Notes under the pieces: generated by a model
Told to the model about the DNA's origin: nothing
Databases searched by the model: none
What the model saw: the letters and a program-made list of their open reading frames with translations, nothing else
NCBI GenBank assembly: GCA_951406725.2
Contig: OX597836.1
Coordinates: forward strand, 38,812,001 to 38,876,000
Direction: 5' to 3'
DNA: 64,000 nt
From: Octopus vulgaris
Taxonomy: Eukaryota
In this document: positions 11,590-26,225 of the stretch, in pieces
How the letters are laid out: the number at the start of each line of letters is the position of its first letter
Position numbering within the stretch: position 1 is the stretch's first letter
Made by a program: the position numbers and the translations under genes

Positions 11590-11765
11590 GAGTACCGTTA
11601 TGTTCTGAGTTCAAATTTCGCCGAGGTCGACTTTGCCTTTCATCCTTTCGGGGTCGATCAAATAAGTACCAGTTACGCACTGGGGTCGATGTAATCGACT
11701 TAATACCTATGTCTGTCCTTGTTTGTCCCCTCTGTGTTTAGCCCCTTGTGGGTAGTAAAGAAATA
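11590..11765 (+). mobile_element. SINE family B, 5'-truncated
   Basis: Core and tail match the other B copies. Confidence 0.85.
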
Positions 11766-12292
11766 GATTAATGTAAAATTGTTTTTATTATAAGTGAACA
11801 TAAAAACAAACACACAAAACACACATGTATGTATGTAAATACGTATGCACGTGCGCGTGCTTTTTGTTTTGTTTACGTCACCGTAAGCTAGCGGTTCAGC
11901 AAAAAGAAACCGATAGAATAAGTACCAGATTTGAAAATAAAAGTACTGGGGTCGATTTGTTTGACCTTCAAGTCAGTGCCCCAGTATGGCCTCATTCCAA
12001 TAACTGAAACAAGCAGAGGTTAAAAATGTAAACGCCGATATAATACTAAAATTAAATTCTGTTTGATTGTTTATATGTTCCTGGTTTTTAGAATAAACTA
12101 GGTATCATCACGATAAAATATTTCGATCTATGTACTTTTAAACATAAACCCTCTTGTTTGAAATAATCTGGCAAGAAGCCAACCCTTAGAATCTTGAAAA
12201 CAAGAATTTTGATCATAATGACTTTGACATACCTAGTTAAATTGTCGCCATTTCTGCCGGCAAAGAAAACGTAAAGAGTTCGCCGAACATAT

Positions 12293-12501
12293 TCTCTTTT
12301 TACTCTTTTGCTCTTTTACTTGTTTCAGTCATTTGACTGTGGCCATGCTGGAGCACCGCCTTTAGTCGAGCAAATCGATCCCAGGACTTATCCTTTGTAA
12401 TTCTATCGGTTTCTTTTACCGCTAAGTTACGGTGACGTAAACACACCAGCATCGGTTGTCAAGCGATTTGGAGGGAGAAACACAGACACACAAACACACA
12501 A

Positions 12502-12544
<43 letters not shown>

Positions 12545-12701
12545 CATATATAAGACGGGCTTCTTTCAGTTTCCATCTACCAAATCCACTCAGAAGGCTT
12601 TGGTCGGCCTGAGGCTATAGTAGAAGACATTTGCCCAAGGTGCCACGCAGTGGGACTGAACCCGGAACCATGTAGTTGGTAAGCAAGCTACTTACCACAC
12701 A
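12293..12701 (-). mobile_element. SINE family A
   Basis: Co-linear with the other A copies. Confidence 0.9.
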
Positions 12702-13037
12702 ACATATACATACAAATACACAGATATAGAGGAGACATTGATAAGGCACGTCCGTGTACACATACATACATACAAAGGCACACACATATATGCATACAAA
12801 GCTAACATACATGCACATGGACACACACGCCCGCATACATAAAATGTACGGACATTTGCACATATCCGGACACACGCACATTTGAAACCACGGTGTCGCG
12901 ATCGTGAGTACAAAACCTAAACCACTAGGCCACGTACCCTCACATACATGCATACACTTATATACATACATACATACATACATACATACATACATACATA
13001 CATACATACATACATACATACATACATACATACATAC

Positions 13038-13590
13038 ATGGTGGCTGCCCCCTCGTTATCGAGTATGGCCATTGCACGAAGCGTAATCAATGTTGTTATC
13101 GTGCAATGCCTGTGCAAGAAGATTTTTTTTTAAAGTGAGGAAAGGCTGTGCACTGAGTCAATCTCACTCGCTAAGCAACAGCAGCCATAATCCGAAAAGA
13201 AGAACAAGTCAACATCATCGGTAACCACTGAGTCGCAGGTTTTATGTCGGAGTTATCCCAGTTACCTGAGTTACCTTCTAGAAGGATGCCCTAACAAAGG
13301 CAAGAAGTCCTTCACTCCCAATGGTTTAACCGCGCGATCGGGTATTCAGTCCGATTATTTCTGTCCCCGCGCATGATACAGCCTTAAGACATTTATTGGA
13401 TGGCCGCTGACTCTCAAGAGTTCCTCCGCCCTTTGACGGGTTTTGTTTTTCATCCCGCAGGGTGTCCAATAAATACCCTCCTCACCAAGCAAGCTTGGTG
13501 GGGTTGCCGGTTTAGTCGCCGACGGCCAAACCATGCAACAGGTCGTACTGGGTTATATGTTACCAGTAGCTCTCAAAAGTGACCTGACAT
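13038..13590 (-). mobile_element. Non-autonomous RTE-like element (structured 5' UTR joined to a short 3' tail), inserted in (TACA)n
   Basis: Its first ~205 bp are homologous to 59958-60165, and (TACA)n flanks both sides. The RTE assignment is from recalled similarity, not a search. Confidence 0.5.
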
Positions 13591-13634
13591 AACATACATA
13601 CATACATGCATACATACATACATACATACATACA

Positions 13635-13667
<33 letters not shown>

Positions 13668-14088
13668 TTACATGTGCAAATCTGATGTAGTATGAATCAA
13701 TAATTTTAAATCTAGATAAGATCATACATATAGTCAACGCACTAATAGATTGGTTTAATAAACTCCATAATTAACTAAGTACTAAGCTTATGCAATTTGC
13801 TACCGGTGGCCAATATGTACTTATAACACCTCTGCTACTAACTAAAGCTATTGAAGTTCGGTAAATCGATTACTAATGTGGAGCAGTTTGAATTTGAAGT
13901 CATATATAGGCTACTAAAACGGTGATTAATTTTGAGTATTCGCTTTGGATCGAGAAAATATCTAGAATAGCTTTCGATGTAATAAGAGTACCAGTAATTC
14001 TGCCAAAGCCACTAATGTAATTGGTCTGTATCTGCAAAACTAACTGAAGAACAGGCAGTGGTGGTCTGTAATATGATGTGTGTAATTG

Positions 14089-14514
14089 GGATCTTTTCGG
14101 TTTGAACGGCAGTTTTTCAAAAATAATTTCCACGTAACACTTTTAAACTTATACTGGTAGAATGTGTTTATAAAACATCTTTTTCTCTTGGCTTTATAGA
14201 GAAAATTCTATAGTTTGTAAGATATTTGTTGTTTTTTTTTCTTCAATTTCTGCAATTTCAACCAATCAATGACGTCTATTGAGGTGAAAACATTCTGTAC
14301 CGTATGAATATGTCCTTCGTTTAAGAAACAGATTGGGTTTATTTACATTTGTGAAGAAAAAAAAGATACCCTTCCCCCACACCCACCCCTAACCCTAACT
14401 AACCCTAACCCTAAAACAGATTGAAATGCAATAGATCGATACTGGGGTCATAATTATGGGTGACAATTTCATATGACACCGCTAGAAAATCTGCCGTTCA
14501 AACCGAAAAGATCC
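14089..14514. mobile_element. Second full copy of the GGATC-TIR MITE with CCCTAA repeats
   Basis: TIRs GGATCTTTTCGGTTTGAACGGCAG / CTGCCGTTCAAACCGAAAAGATCC. Imperfect TSD TGTAATTG / TGTAAATTC. Confidence 0.85.
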
Positions 14515-14904
14515 TGTAAATTCTTACTAATTGTAAACTACACCCAACTGACGGAAGCAGGGCGTCCGTGTTTTTTAAAAACATAATTTGGTTTTATCCC
14601 TTAGTTAAGTCAATAACACGACAATAGATAGCATTTTAGAAGGAAACTTAAATGAAAAAACAATTATACTATTTCTGTCGGAAGCATAAAGAAGCTCTTA
14701 ACTATATAATTAAACTAATCACCAACAATCATATGTAGGATTCGTTAGAATATAGATATTCTAACATTGAGGACGCCGGCAATGGGTTGAGATTCATGTA
14801 TACGCACACATATCATGCATATGTATACATTTATATGTGTGCACACACACACACAGCTATTTTATATATATATATATATATATATGAATATATATATATA
14901 TATA

Positions 14905-15040
14905 TGAATAGCGATAGCGAAACCGGTCGATATATTAAAAATTATATTAAAACCATGTAAGTGTGCATATTTTCCTTTTTCAATTTGTTATGTGCATTAC
15001 AAGTCACCACGTGGGGACAACCGAAATTACTATTTTCTCT
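14905..15040 (+). mobile_element. Penelope pseudo-LTR-like remnant with the 3' half of an HHR
   Basis: GCGAAACCGGTC (GAAA, palindromic ACCGGT stem III, GUC) sits in a short island between (TA)n tracts. The CUGANGA half is absent. Confidence 0.45.
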
Positions 15041-15115
<75 letters not shown>

Positions 15116-15159
15116 GCATGCATATATACATACATATATATATACACATTATATATATG

Positions 15160-15211
<52 letters not shown>

Positions 15212-16139
15212 CATATATGTATATGCATATACATACATATATACATATACATACATATATACATATACATACACACACACACACATATATATATATATAC
15301 AAGTATAATCATACTCACTCACACACGCACAGACACACAGACGTAGTTTCCCGATCTAATGCAAGTTATAGATCCAACCTCGGAATGGTTCCAGGTGTGG
15401 TGTTCGAATAAAGAACACGAATAGAATTTACGAATTGTCTCTGACGCTAATATACAATCGTCAGTTAGATTCTATGTTGAATGTCCTTTTTTTTTTTAAA
15501 TTTTACATATCTTTGTTTCCAGGAAGTATTTTCGGCGCGAAGGCGCGTGGTTCAGTGGTTAGAGGCGGGCGGTGTTCGGCCCACAATCGTCAGGTAGCAA
15601 GCTCGATTCCCGGTGGCGCGCTGTGTCCCTTGAAAATGGACATTTTATTTCACGTTGTTCCAGTCTATTCAGTTGTCAAAAACGAGAAGTAATTGTAAAT
15701 CAAAGGGCCAACCCTGTCGCATTCTGTGCCACACTGAATCTCCCCGAGAACCGCATTAAGGATATCCGTGCTCAGCCACTTGCACGTCAATTTCACATGT
15801 ATGTGTGTATGTATGTATGAACGTATGTAGGTAGGTAGGTATGTATGAATGTATATAGGTATGTATGAATGAATGTATGTATATATATATAGGTATATAT
15901 GCATTGATGTATAAATGTATGTATATATGTATGTACGTATATATATATATGTGTGTGTGTGTGTGTATATGTATTAAGTCGAGTAAATCGACTCCAGGAC
16001 TTATTCGTTGGAAGTCTAGTACTTAGTCTATCAGTCTATTTTGCCGAACCGCTAAGTTACGGGGACGTAAACACACCAGCATCGGTTGTCAAGCGATGTT
16101 GGTGGGATACATACACATACACACATACATACATACATG

Positions 16140-16198
<59 letters not shown>

Positions 16199-16627
16199 GA
16201 CAGGCTGTTCCGTTGATCGGATCAGCTGGAATCCTCGTCGTCGTAACCGACGGAGCACCAGTTAATACATTTTCCTATCTGTTTTATTACGACAATTTAA
16301 GGTTATTGACACGAGCTGTTTTAACAGTGTAAAACTAAAATAATTTCTCTCTATAAGACGTTATATTTTTTATATTTCTTTATCTGCAGAGTAGAGCATT
16401 AATATTTATCTGTACTTTTCCGGAGTCTTCAACAGTTAATCGATTGCTATGATAATTCTTTTATGTTTTTAAGAAATTTATTTAAAGTTTTTCGTAGGTT
16501 CTAACATAACTGTCAAGCAACTAACCACTGCCACTCATCTTGTTCGTTAGATTTTAAATATCAAGTTACAAACACACACACACACACACACTTAAATACT
16601 ATGAAGCCTAACAATATTCATTTTTAT

Positions 16628-17022
16628 TCATTTACTTGTTTCAGTCATTTGACTGCGGTCATGCTGGAGCACCGCCTTTAGTCGAGGAAATCGACCCCAG
16701 CACTTATTCTTTGTAAGCCCAGTACTTATTCTATCAGTCTGTTTTGCCAAACCACTAAGTTACGGGGACGTAAACACACCATCATCGGTTGTCAAGCGAT
16801 GTTGGGGGAGGGGAGCAAACACAACACACAAACATACACACACATATATATATATATACGACGGGCTTCTTTCAGTTTCCGTCTACCAAATCCACTGACA
16901 AGGCTTTCGTCGGCCCGAGGCTATAGCAGAAGACACTTGCCCAAGGTGCCACGCAGTGGGACTGAACCCGGAACCATGTGGTTCGTAAGCAAGCTACTTA
17001 CCACACAGCCACTCCTACGCCT
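16628..17022 (-). mobile_element. SINE family A, full length
   Basis: Complete tail, body and head. Confidence 0.9.
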
Positions 17023-17420
17023 ATGTTAAAAATGCAAATATATTCTTTCCGTACAACTGGTATACAGAAAAGAAAAAAAGGAGAGAAACTCATCTTCTGT
17101 GCACCGTCTTTCAGTTTGTTGTCCGCTCCTCAAAGAAGAGCTCCTTCTGGCCCTTTTCCATAATCAAATGTGTAATGGTATAACGATAACATAGAAATAA
17201 TGTACATTATTTACATAATGCAAATAATGCACATAATTCCTCATCTCTTACATATAAAACTGCATTATAGAAATAATGTGTTTACGTTATAATTTAACCC
17301 GCAGAGAGGCTTTGCATTACCTAAAATTTATTCCAGTTCTCCTGATTTATGGTGCGCTGTGTGTTGTGACACATACAAGCATACATACATACATACATAC
17401 ATACATACATACATACATAC

Positions 17421-17771
17421 GTGGGAATGGCTGTGTGGTAAGTAGCTTGCTTACGAACCACATGGTTCCGGGTTCAGTCCCATTGCGTGGCACCTTGAGC
17501 AAGTATCTTCTACTATGGTCTCGTGCCAACCAAAGCCCTGTGAGTGGATTTGGTAGACGGAAACTAAAAGAAGCCCGTAATATATATGTATATACATATA
17601 TCTGTATGTGCGTGTGTATGCTTGTGTGTCTGTATTTGTCTCCCCCCAACATTGCTTGACAGCCGATGCTGGTGTGTTTACGTCCCCGTAACTTAGCGGT
17701 TCGGCAAAAAAGACTGATAGAATAAGTTCTAGGCTTCCAAAGAATAAGTCCTGGGGTCGATTTGCTCGACT
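17421..17771 (+). mobile_element. SINE family A in (TACA)n
   Basis: Co-linear with the other A copies and 3'-truncated. Confidence 0.9.
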
Positions 17772-17783
17772 TAATACATATAT

Positions 17784-17821
<38 letters not shown>

Positions 17822-18214
17822 ATACGTACATACATTAACACACACATATATGTGCATGCATACATATATACATACATACATACATACATACATACATACA
17901 TACATACATTCATACATACATACGTACTTACATACATACACACATACATACATGCACACGCATATTGTTAAGTCCTGTGTTGAAAAGCAAAACTTTTAAA
18001 TGCCAAAAAGATGAAAGACTCTGACGTGCTTCCGGAATTTTCATGTTCTTACCCTTTACTGAGAGTTTGGTTCGAAGTTAGTATTGACCAAGAGTGTATG
18101 AAGTATGAGTGTTACTAAGTAACTGATCCTCCTTACGTATCTATAAAAGATCAAATTCTGAAATTCATGGCATGACAATCACAAAAGATTTTTAAAGAGA
18201 CATCATATGGTGTG

Positions 18215-19185
<971 letters not shown>

Positions 19186-20114
19186 GTATGCGTGCAGATA
19201 TGTATGAATATAGAGAGAAAGAGAGAGAATTGGAGCGAGGAAGAGAGAGACAGAGAGAGCATATACATTTCCTTGGCTGATTGGAGCGTAGTTTATGGAG
19301 AATATTGATTTCTTAGAATTTTATTGGCTTCGTTTGCACCATAACTGTAAAACTCTGAGAGTGATCCGTTTGAAACTAAGTTCCATTATTGGTTTAAAAA
19401 TAGTTTCAAAGCAAGTAAGTTTTAAGTAACCTTTAAATAGTTTTGAAGATTTGGTAGAAAATGAGAAGAGAAAAAAAAAAAGGGGAGGGTTACGTGGGAG
19501 AGAAAAGATTCGTCAGAAAATGACTGCTGAACAATGGGAGAAATAGAAGAGAAAATTCAGAAGAAAATGAGAGAAGAATAAGGCTATAAAAAAAAAAAGG
19601 AAGATGTCGCGCGACTAGCATTCAAGATTATTTGTTAGTTGTGACAGTTAATTCTGAACCTATTGGAAGAGAGAGACAATATATTAAAGGAATGAAAGCT
19701 CAGATCATGTTGTGAATATGTAATTATGACAAGATAGATATCTATTATTTGTGATAGTATTGCTCGAGTAAAATCGATAGGTATTGAGGGGAAAAGGACG
19801 AACAAAATCGATTGTATATGATCAGATTCAGATCTGAGAATTATTGGTCTCGTGTGACTAGGCACCATGAGAAATTTTGAGAGAAAATGTGAAGAGATTT
19901 TGTGAGAAAAATGTAATAAAATCGCCCACACTTAATGTGATTCATGATGTAGAAGAGAAGAAGAAGTGACGTTCATGGTTTTAACAAAGGTATTAACAAA
20001 GGTATGTGCTGTCCCCTAGCGGATAGTTAACAGAAGGGAGATAAACGTTTCTTCGTAATAGTTGATGGAATTAGAAGTTCAAGTCTGAAATGAAGAAATA
20101 AGGAAGATACACAG

Positions 20115-20145
<31 letters not shown>

Positions 20146-20146
<1 letters not shown>

Positions 20147-20456
20147 TCACCGTGATCACCGTGACCGACCAGGCTACCAGATGTTGCTACACATCGCTGG
20201 TCACAATGCGCTTCGCATTATTTGAGCCTTAAAATGACGCCATCCCGCTGGCTAAGCGAGCAGGCCAACAGAAGAAAGAGTGAGAGAAAGTTGTGGCGAA
20301 AGAGTACAGCAGGGATCGCCACCACCCACTGCCGAAGCTTCGTGGAGCTTTAGGTGTTTTTGCTCAATAAACACTCACAACTCCTGGTCTGGGAATTGAA
20401 ACCGCGATCCTACGACCGCGAGTCCACTGCCCTAACCACTGGGCCATTCCACCTCC
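20146..20456 (-). mobile_element. SINE family C (tail type 2)
   Basis: Reverse complement of 46917-47230. Confidence 0.85.
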
Positions 20457-20861
20457 ACACCCACACACACACACACATACACACGCACACATATATATTG
20501 CTTACTCATTACAAAGGTCTTCACTCCTTAAGTGCAAAATTGGATTCCATGGTTATTCCAATAATGATATTAGATACCTATCCATAAAAAAGAAAACAGT
20601 TCGTATTTTGCAAGTCACGTTACCTCAATAAACTTAACATATCTCAACAGAAAATAGTTCCAAACACCATTTTTCAATAGAAAATGCATTGGTGTATAAA
20701 ACTGCTTTTCGCAGTTAAAGGTAATGAAATTTTAAGTGGATATATCTGATTTGTGCCGTAAAAAGATTAAAGTTTCTAGTCTTCGATATTCAACAGAACA
20801 ATTAACACAGTAAATGTATTAAATTGAAACAGATTTTGTTCATCGACTAATTATAATTTTT

Positions 20862-21437
20862 AAGACAGTGAGCTGGCAGAAACGTTAGCAGCCCGGGCAA
20901 AATGCCTTGCCTTATTTCGTCTGCCGTTACGTTCTGAGTTCAAATTCCACCGAGGTCGACTTTGCCTTTCATCCTTTCGGGGTCGATTAAAAAAATACCA
21001 GTTACGCACTGGAGTCGATATAAGCAACTTAATCCGTTTGTCTGTCCTTGTTTGTCCTCTCTGTGTTTAGCCCCTTGTGGATAGTAAAGAAATAGGTATT
21101 TCGTCTGCCGCTACGTTCTGAGTTCAAATTTCGCTAAGGTCGACTTTGCCTTTCATCCTTTCGGGGTCGATTAAATAAGTACCAGTTACGCACTAGAGTC
21201 GATATAATCGACTTAATCCGTTTGTCTGTCCCCTCTATGTTTAGCCCCTTGTGAGTAGTAAAGAAATAGGTATTTCGTCCGTCTTTACGTTCTGTGATCA
21301 AATTCCGTCGAGGTCGACTTTTCCTTTCATCCTTTCGATCTCGATAAATTAAGCACCAGCTGCGCACTGGTGTCGATCTACTTGATGACCCCTCCACAAA
21401 AATTTCGGGCCTTGTGCCTAGAGTAGAAAAGAATATA
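20862..21437 (+). mobile_element. SINE family B trimer; the last unit has an alternative tail
   Basis: One head followed by three core units joined at AAAGAAATAG/GTATTTCGTC. The final unit ends GGCCTTGTGCCTAGAGTAGAAAAG. Confidence 0.85.
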
Positions 21438-21722
21438 TTTATTCTGTAAGGCGGCGAGTTGGCAGAAACGTTAGAATTACCGGTACAATACGTTATATCT
21501 TTTATTGCTTCAATCATTCGACCGTGGCCATGCTGGAGCAATGCCTTGAAAAATTTTTAGTCGAACGAATCGACCCCATTTCTTTTTTTAAAGCCTTGCT
21601 TCATTGAACTGCAAACTTACATTTTATTTATTCTATCGGTCTCTTTTGTCGAACTGCTACGTTAATGGGCTATAAACAAACCAGCAACGGTTGTCAAGTG
21701 GTGGTGAAGAATATCAACAGAT

Positions 21723-21950
21723 CAGTGGTTCACAACCAACTTTTGCTTATGGACCCTTTTGATTCCTGTTTCATTCTACTGGGCCCTCATAGCTATTCAG
21801 TGTTTAAAAAATCCTGTAATATTTTTATAATTAAATATTAGGAATTGTTCAAAAAAGTTTTCAATATTCTGCGTTTTGTTGAAGTATAACCAATTTATTG
21901 CTCATAAACTTTAACAACAAAATCTTACTTAGACCCTGGTTGGGAACAAG
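21723..21950. mobile_element. hAT/Charlie-like MITE remnant
   Basis: Ends CAGTGGTTCACAACC ... GGTTGGGAAC. The internal sequence resembles 54428-54964 in reverse. Confidence 0.55.
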
Positions 21951-22192
21951 TAGATTGTATTTTCTTCTCCCACCCCACAAATATATACAAATGTTTCGTT
22001 AAATTTACCAAGCTGATAATATTTTTGAGACATACGCTGGTCTAACTTCCAGTCCTTTTAAATTCAATTTCAAAATCATACTCACCAAATTTAGAAACAC
22101 CAACAAAAGTAAGAAGACCAAAGTGTCCCACATTAACTGGAACTTAAGCAATTAAATTATAACTTAAAATGTAACATTTATCCATTTATAGT

Positions 22193-22513
22193 GAAGGCGC
22201 ATGGCTCCGTGGTTAGAGCGTCGAGCTTACGATCGTGAGGTTGTGAGTTCGAATCCCGGACCGGGCTGAGCAAGACACTTTATTTCACGTTGCTCCAGTT
22301 CACTCAGCTGTAGAAATGAGTTGCCACGTCACAGGTGCCAAGCTGTATCGGCTCCTTTGCCTTTCCCTTAAAATAACACTGGTGGCTTGGGGAAGGGAGG
22401 CCGGTATGCATGGGTGGCTACTGGTCTTCCATAAATAACCTTGCCCGGACTTGTGCCTGGGAGGGTAACTTTCTAGGTGCAATCGCACGGTCAGTCATGA
22501 CCGAAGGGGGTCT
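22193..22513 (+). mobile_element. tRNA-derived SINE family D
   Basis: A box TGGCTCCGTGG, B box GAGTTCGAATCC and core CCAGTTCACTCAGCTGTAGAAATGAG. Co-linear with 39563-39897. Confidence 0.85.
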
Positions 22514-23427
22514 CAGCTTTAATGTCAGAAATCAGTATAATGTTTACAGTATTAGCAACCTTCAAAAATATTTTGTTACAGTGATAACTAAGTTTCTTGA
22601 TAATGTTTCTGTACAAATCCTTTTCCCTTATAAAAAGTCCTACAAAACTTTGGTTTCCACCTTTTTCATTAACTTGAAACTAAAGGAAAATGGTGGGAAG
22701 AAAATTTTAAGATATTTCTAATTACTTGGTTAAAAGTAAGAAGAGAAAATTTCACTATTTAATTGCAAGAAAAAAAAAAGTTTAAATAAATTTGGTTTTT
22801 CTTATATTTCATTATGTAATTGCAAAAAATAAAACTAAAAATATAATTTAAAAAAAATATAAAAAATATAAAACACTTTTTAAAAGTTTTTTTTGTTCTT
22901 TTGAAATTTTAGAAAGAAAACTGAAAATTAACACAAGTTGCCAATTTTTTTCTCGATAACTATTTGATTAAATTTAAACAAACAACTTTAAGCATTCTTA
23001 CCTTTAGGCTAATATTTTTTCTTCTTTGTTCCTTTCTGACAAACTGTTAAAATAACATTTTTAAAATGATTAAAAGAAATAAGAATTGTCGAAGTTTAAA
23101 TAATAAATATCCAGAAGAAATATTCCTTAAGTTCGGTCTTTAAAAAATTTTTTCTTCCTTTGTTACCAAGAACTCTCTTAATTTTCCTTAGATTCCTCGG
23201 ATTCAATTTCATAATCGAAACCCAATATCCTAAATTACATCGAGATTTTTAACGGAATACTTCTCTGATCTTTCATGATTTCTTTTCTTTCAATCCGGAG
23301 AAAAAGAGAACTTGCAGAATTGGTAAAACAGCGGATTAAATGCCCTAAAGTATTCTGTTTCCTAGCATAGCTGCGCTCAAATCTTACGAGGTGTGTTTTT
23401 ACATTTCATTAATCAATGGGTAACAAA

Positions 23428-24006
23428 ATAATCCTTTCTACTATAGGCAAAAGCACCTAAAAATTTGGGGTAGGGTGTAGTTGGATACACCGACTCTAGT
23501 GCTCGACTGGTACTTATCCTATCGACCACGAAAGGAAGGAAGGTAAACTCAACATCGACGGAATCTGAACTCAGAACGATTCTGCCTGCTCGCTGCAATA
23601 TTTTATGGTATTTTGGCGATTCTGCCAACTCCATACCCATTTTTTTACTACCCTCAAGGGGCTAAACACAGAGTGGACAAACAAGGACAGACAAACGGAT
23701 TAAGTCGATTATATCGACCCAAGTGCGACCTCGGCGGAATTTGAACTCAGAACGTAACAGCAGACGAAATACCTATTTCTTTACTACCCAGAAGGGGCTA
23801 AACACAAAGGGGACAAACAAGGACAGACAAACGGATTAAGTCGATTACATCGACCCCAGTGCGTAACTGGTATTTAATTTATCGACCCCCGATAGGATGA
23901 AAGGCAAAGTCGAACTCGGCGGAATTTGAACGCAGAACGTAACAGCAGACGAAATACAGCTACGCATTTCGCCCAGCGTGCTAACACTTCTGCCAGCTCG
24001 CCGCCT
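23428..24006 (-). mobile_element. SINE family B multimer plus an older adjacent copy
   Basis: The head is at 24006 and the repeated core has the standard junction at about 23765. Confidence 0.8.
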
Positions 24007-24195
24007 TGTCTGTTGTGATCATGTCTACTAAGAGCTTCGCGCAAAAACAGCTAGACGAAAATCGAGGCTAAAATCTCTTTGCCGTTGAACTGTGCTTTTT
24101 TAATGACCTCTTTCAGAGCGTGAAATCGGAAACTTTTTGACTTTTATTCCCTTTGTTGTTTTGGATAACGAACAAGCAATGACGTGGTTAATCTT

Positions 24196-24315
24196 CAAGG
24201 TGATTCAAAAGTCACCATACATAGGAAAAAGTAAACTTTATAAGAAAAAAAAAACAAACTGTTTCTTAAAAAAAAATAAATTGTTCTTATGTATGACGAC
24301 TTTTGAATCACCCTG
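24196..24315. mobile_element. Tiny Tc1/mariner-like MITE
   Basis: TIRs CAAGGTGATTCAAAAGTCACCATACATAGG / CTTATGTATGACGACTTTTGAATCACCCTG, followed by TA. Confidence 0.65.
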
Positions 24316-24369
24316 TATTTTTATTCAATGATCTGTCAGAGGTTGCATATAAGTTTCCATTCTCTAGAC

Positions 24370-24531
24370 TTCGTAGGAGTGGCTGTGTGGTAAGTAGCAT
24401 GCGTACCAACCACATGGTTCCGGGTTCAGTCCCACTGCGTGGCACCTTGGGCAAGTGTCTTCTACTTTAGCCTCGGGCCGACCAAAGCCTTGTGAGAAGA
24501 TTTGGTAGAGGGAAACTGAAAGAAGCCCGTC

Positions 24532-24588
<57 letters not shown>

Positions 24589-24808
24589 CGTGTATATGTT
24601 TCTGTGTCTGTGTTTGTCCCCCCCAACATCGCTTGACAACCGATGCTGGTGTGTTTACGTCTCCGTAACTTAGCGGTTTGACAAAAAAAAAAAAAAACGA
24701 TAGAATAAGTACTAGGCTTACAAAGAATAAGTTCTGAGGCCGATTTGCTCGACTAAAGGCGGTGCCCCTGCATGGCCACAGTCAAATGACTGAAACAAGT
24801 AAATGAGT
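24370..24808 (+). mobile_element. SINE family A, full length
   Basis: Head, internal (TA)(TG) and tail. Confidence 0.9.
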
Positions 24809-24917
24809 GAGTTATTTCTTTTATTTAAAATCCCTGTCATTTCAAGTTATAATATCATAATGATAATACTATATAAGTATATAATACTACAATGATAATA
24901 ATAATAATAATAATATT

Positions 24918-25620
24918 GACTTCGAATTTTGGCACAAGGCCAGCAATTTCGAAGGAAGAGATAAGTCGATTACATCGATCCCAGTGCTCAACTGGTACTT
25001 ACTTTATCGACCCTGAAAGGATGAAAAACATAGCTGACCTTGGTGGAATTTGAACTCAGAAGTAACAGACACACGAAAGGCCGCTAATAATTTTTCCCGG
25101 CGTGCCAATGATTCTACCAGCTCATCGCTCTTACAATAACAACAACAACAACAACAACAATAATAATATTAATAATAATAATAATAATATTGATTTCAAA
25201 TTTTGGCACAAGGCCAGCAATTCCGAGGCAGGATGTAAGTCGATTACATTGACCCCCAAGTGCTCAACTTATTTTATCGACTCTGGAAGGTTAAAAGGTA
25301 AAGTTGACCTCAGAATGTAATTTGAACTCAGAATGTAAGAAGGGACGAAATGCCGCTACGCATTTCGCCTGGCGTGCTAACGATACTACCAGCTCACCGC
25401 CTTTGCAATAATCCTTTCTTTTATAAGCATAAGGCCTGAAATTTGGGAGGCGGGGATAAATCGATTACAGTACTCAATTGGTATTTATTTTATCGACTCC
25501 GAAAGGATGAAAGGCAAAGTCGACTCCGGCGGAATTTGAACTCAGAACGTAACGGCAGACGAAATGCTGCTAAACATTTCGCCTGGCGTGCTAGCGATAC
25601 TTCCAACTCCCTGCCTTTAC
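24918..25620 (-). mobile_element. Three consecutive older SINE B-related copies with alternative tails
   Basis: The core GAAAGGATGAAAGGCAAAGTCGAC...TTTGAACTCAGAA repeats three times. Tails read TTTTGGCACAAGGCCAGCAA, and two copies are preceded by (AAT)n. Confidence 0.75.
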
Positions 25621-25931
25621 AATAATAACAATATCATTATAATACTAATACTAGAGAGTACTCGTCACACGTCGGGTAAGTCTGGAAGTATACATTTGCT
25701 AACACGAATTATATCAGGAAATATACCATTCATAAAATAATTATTTAGCTTTTACGAAATTTCCTGGCGCTTTTACAAAAATGATGAAAAGATTACTAAT
25801 TTTCAAAGGAAAAAAACATTTATCACAATATATAAAAAACTAAATAAAACTAAATCAAATAAGACGAATTTTTCCTTTGTACATTTGCAATAAGTATGTA
25901 TTATTATTTTTCGAAATTTTAACCACATAAT

Positions 25932-26088
25932 AGGTGCGTCAGTGGCTGTGTGGTAAGAAGCTTGCTTCCCGAGCACATGGTTCCGGGTTTAATTCCACTG
26001 CGTGGCACCTTGGCCAAGTGTACTATATCTTCGGGCCAGCCAAAACCTTGTGAGTGAATTGGGTAGACGGAAACTGAAAAAAACCCGT

Positions 26089-26173
<85 letters not shown>

Positions 26174-26225
26174 CTGTGTTTGTCCCCCCCCCCCCATCGC
26201 TTGACAACCGATTTTTATGTCACCG
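25932..26225 (+). mobile_element. SINE family A, 3'-truncated
   Basis: Head and internal microsatellite. Confidence 0.85.

Noticed and set aside
19630-20100. Possible decayed retroelement coding sequence (also about 36150-36740)
   Set aside because: The composition is suggestive, but I could not recover any diagnostic motif.
20862-21437. CRISPR-like or satellite array
   Set aside because: The units are ~170 bp SINE cores without unique spacers. The context is eukaryotic and there are no cas-like ORFs.
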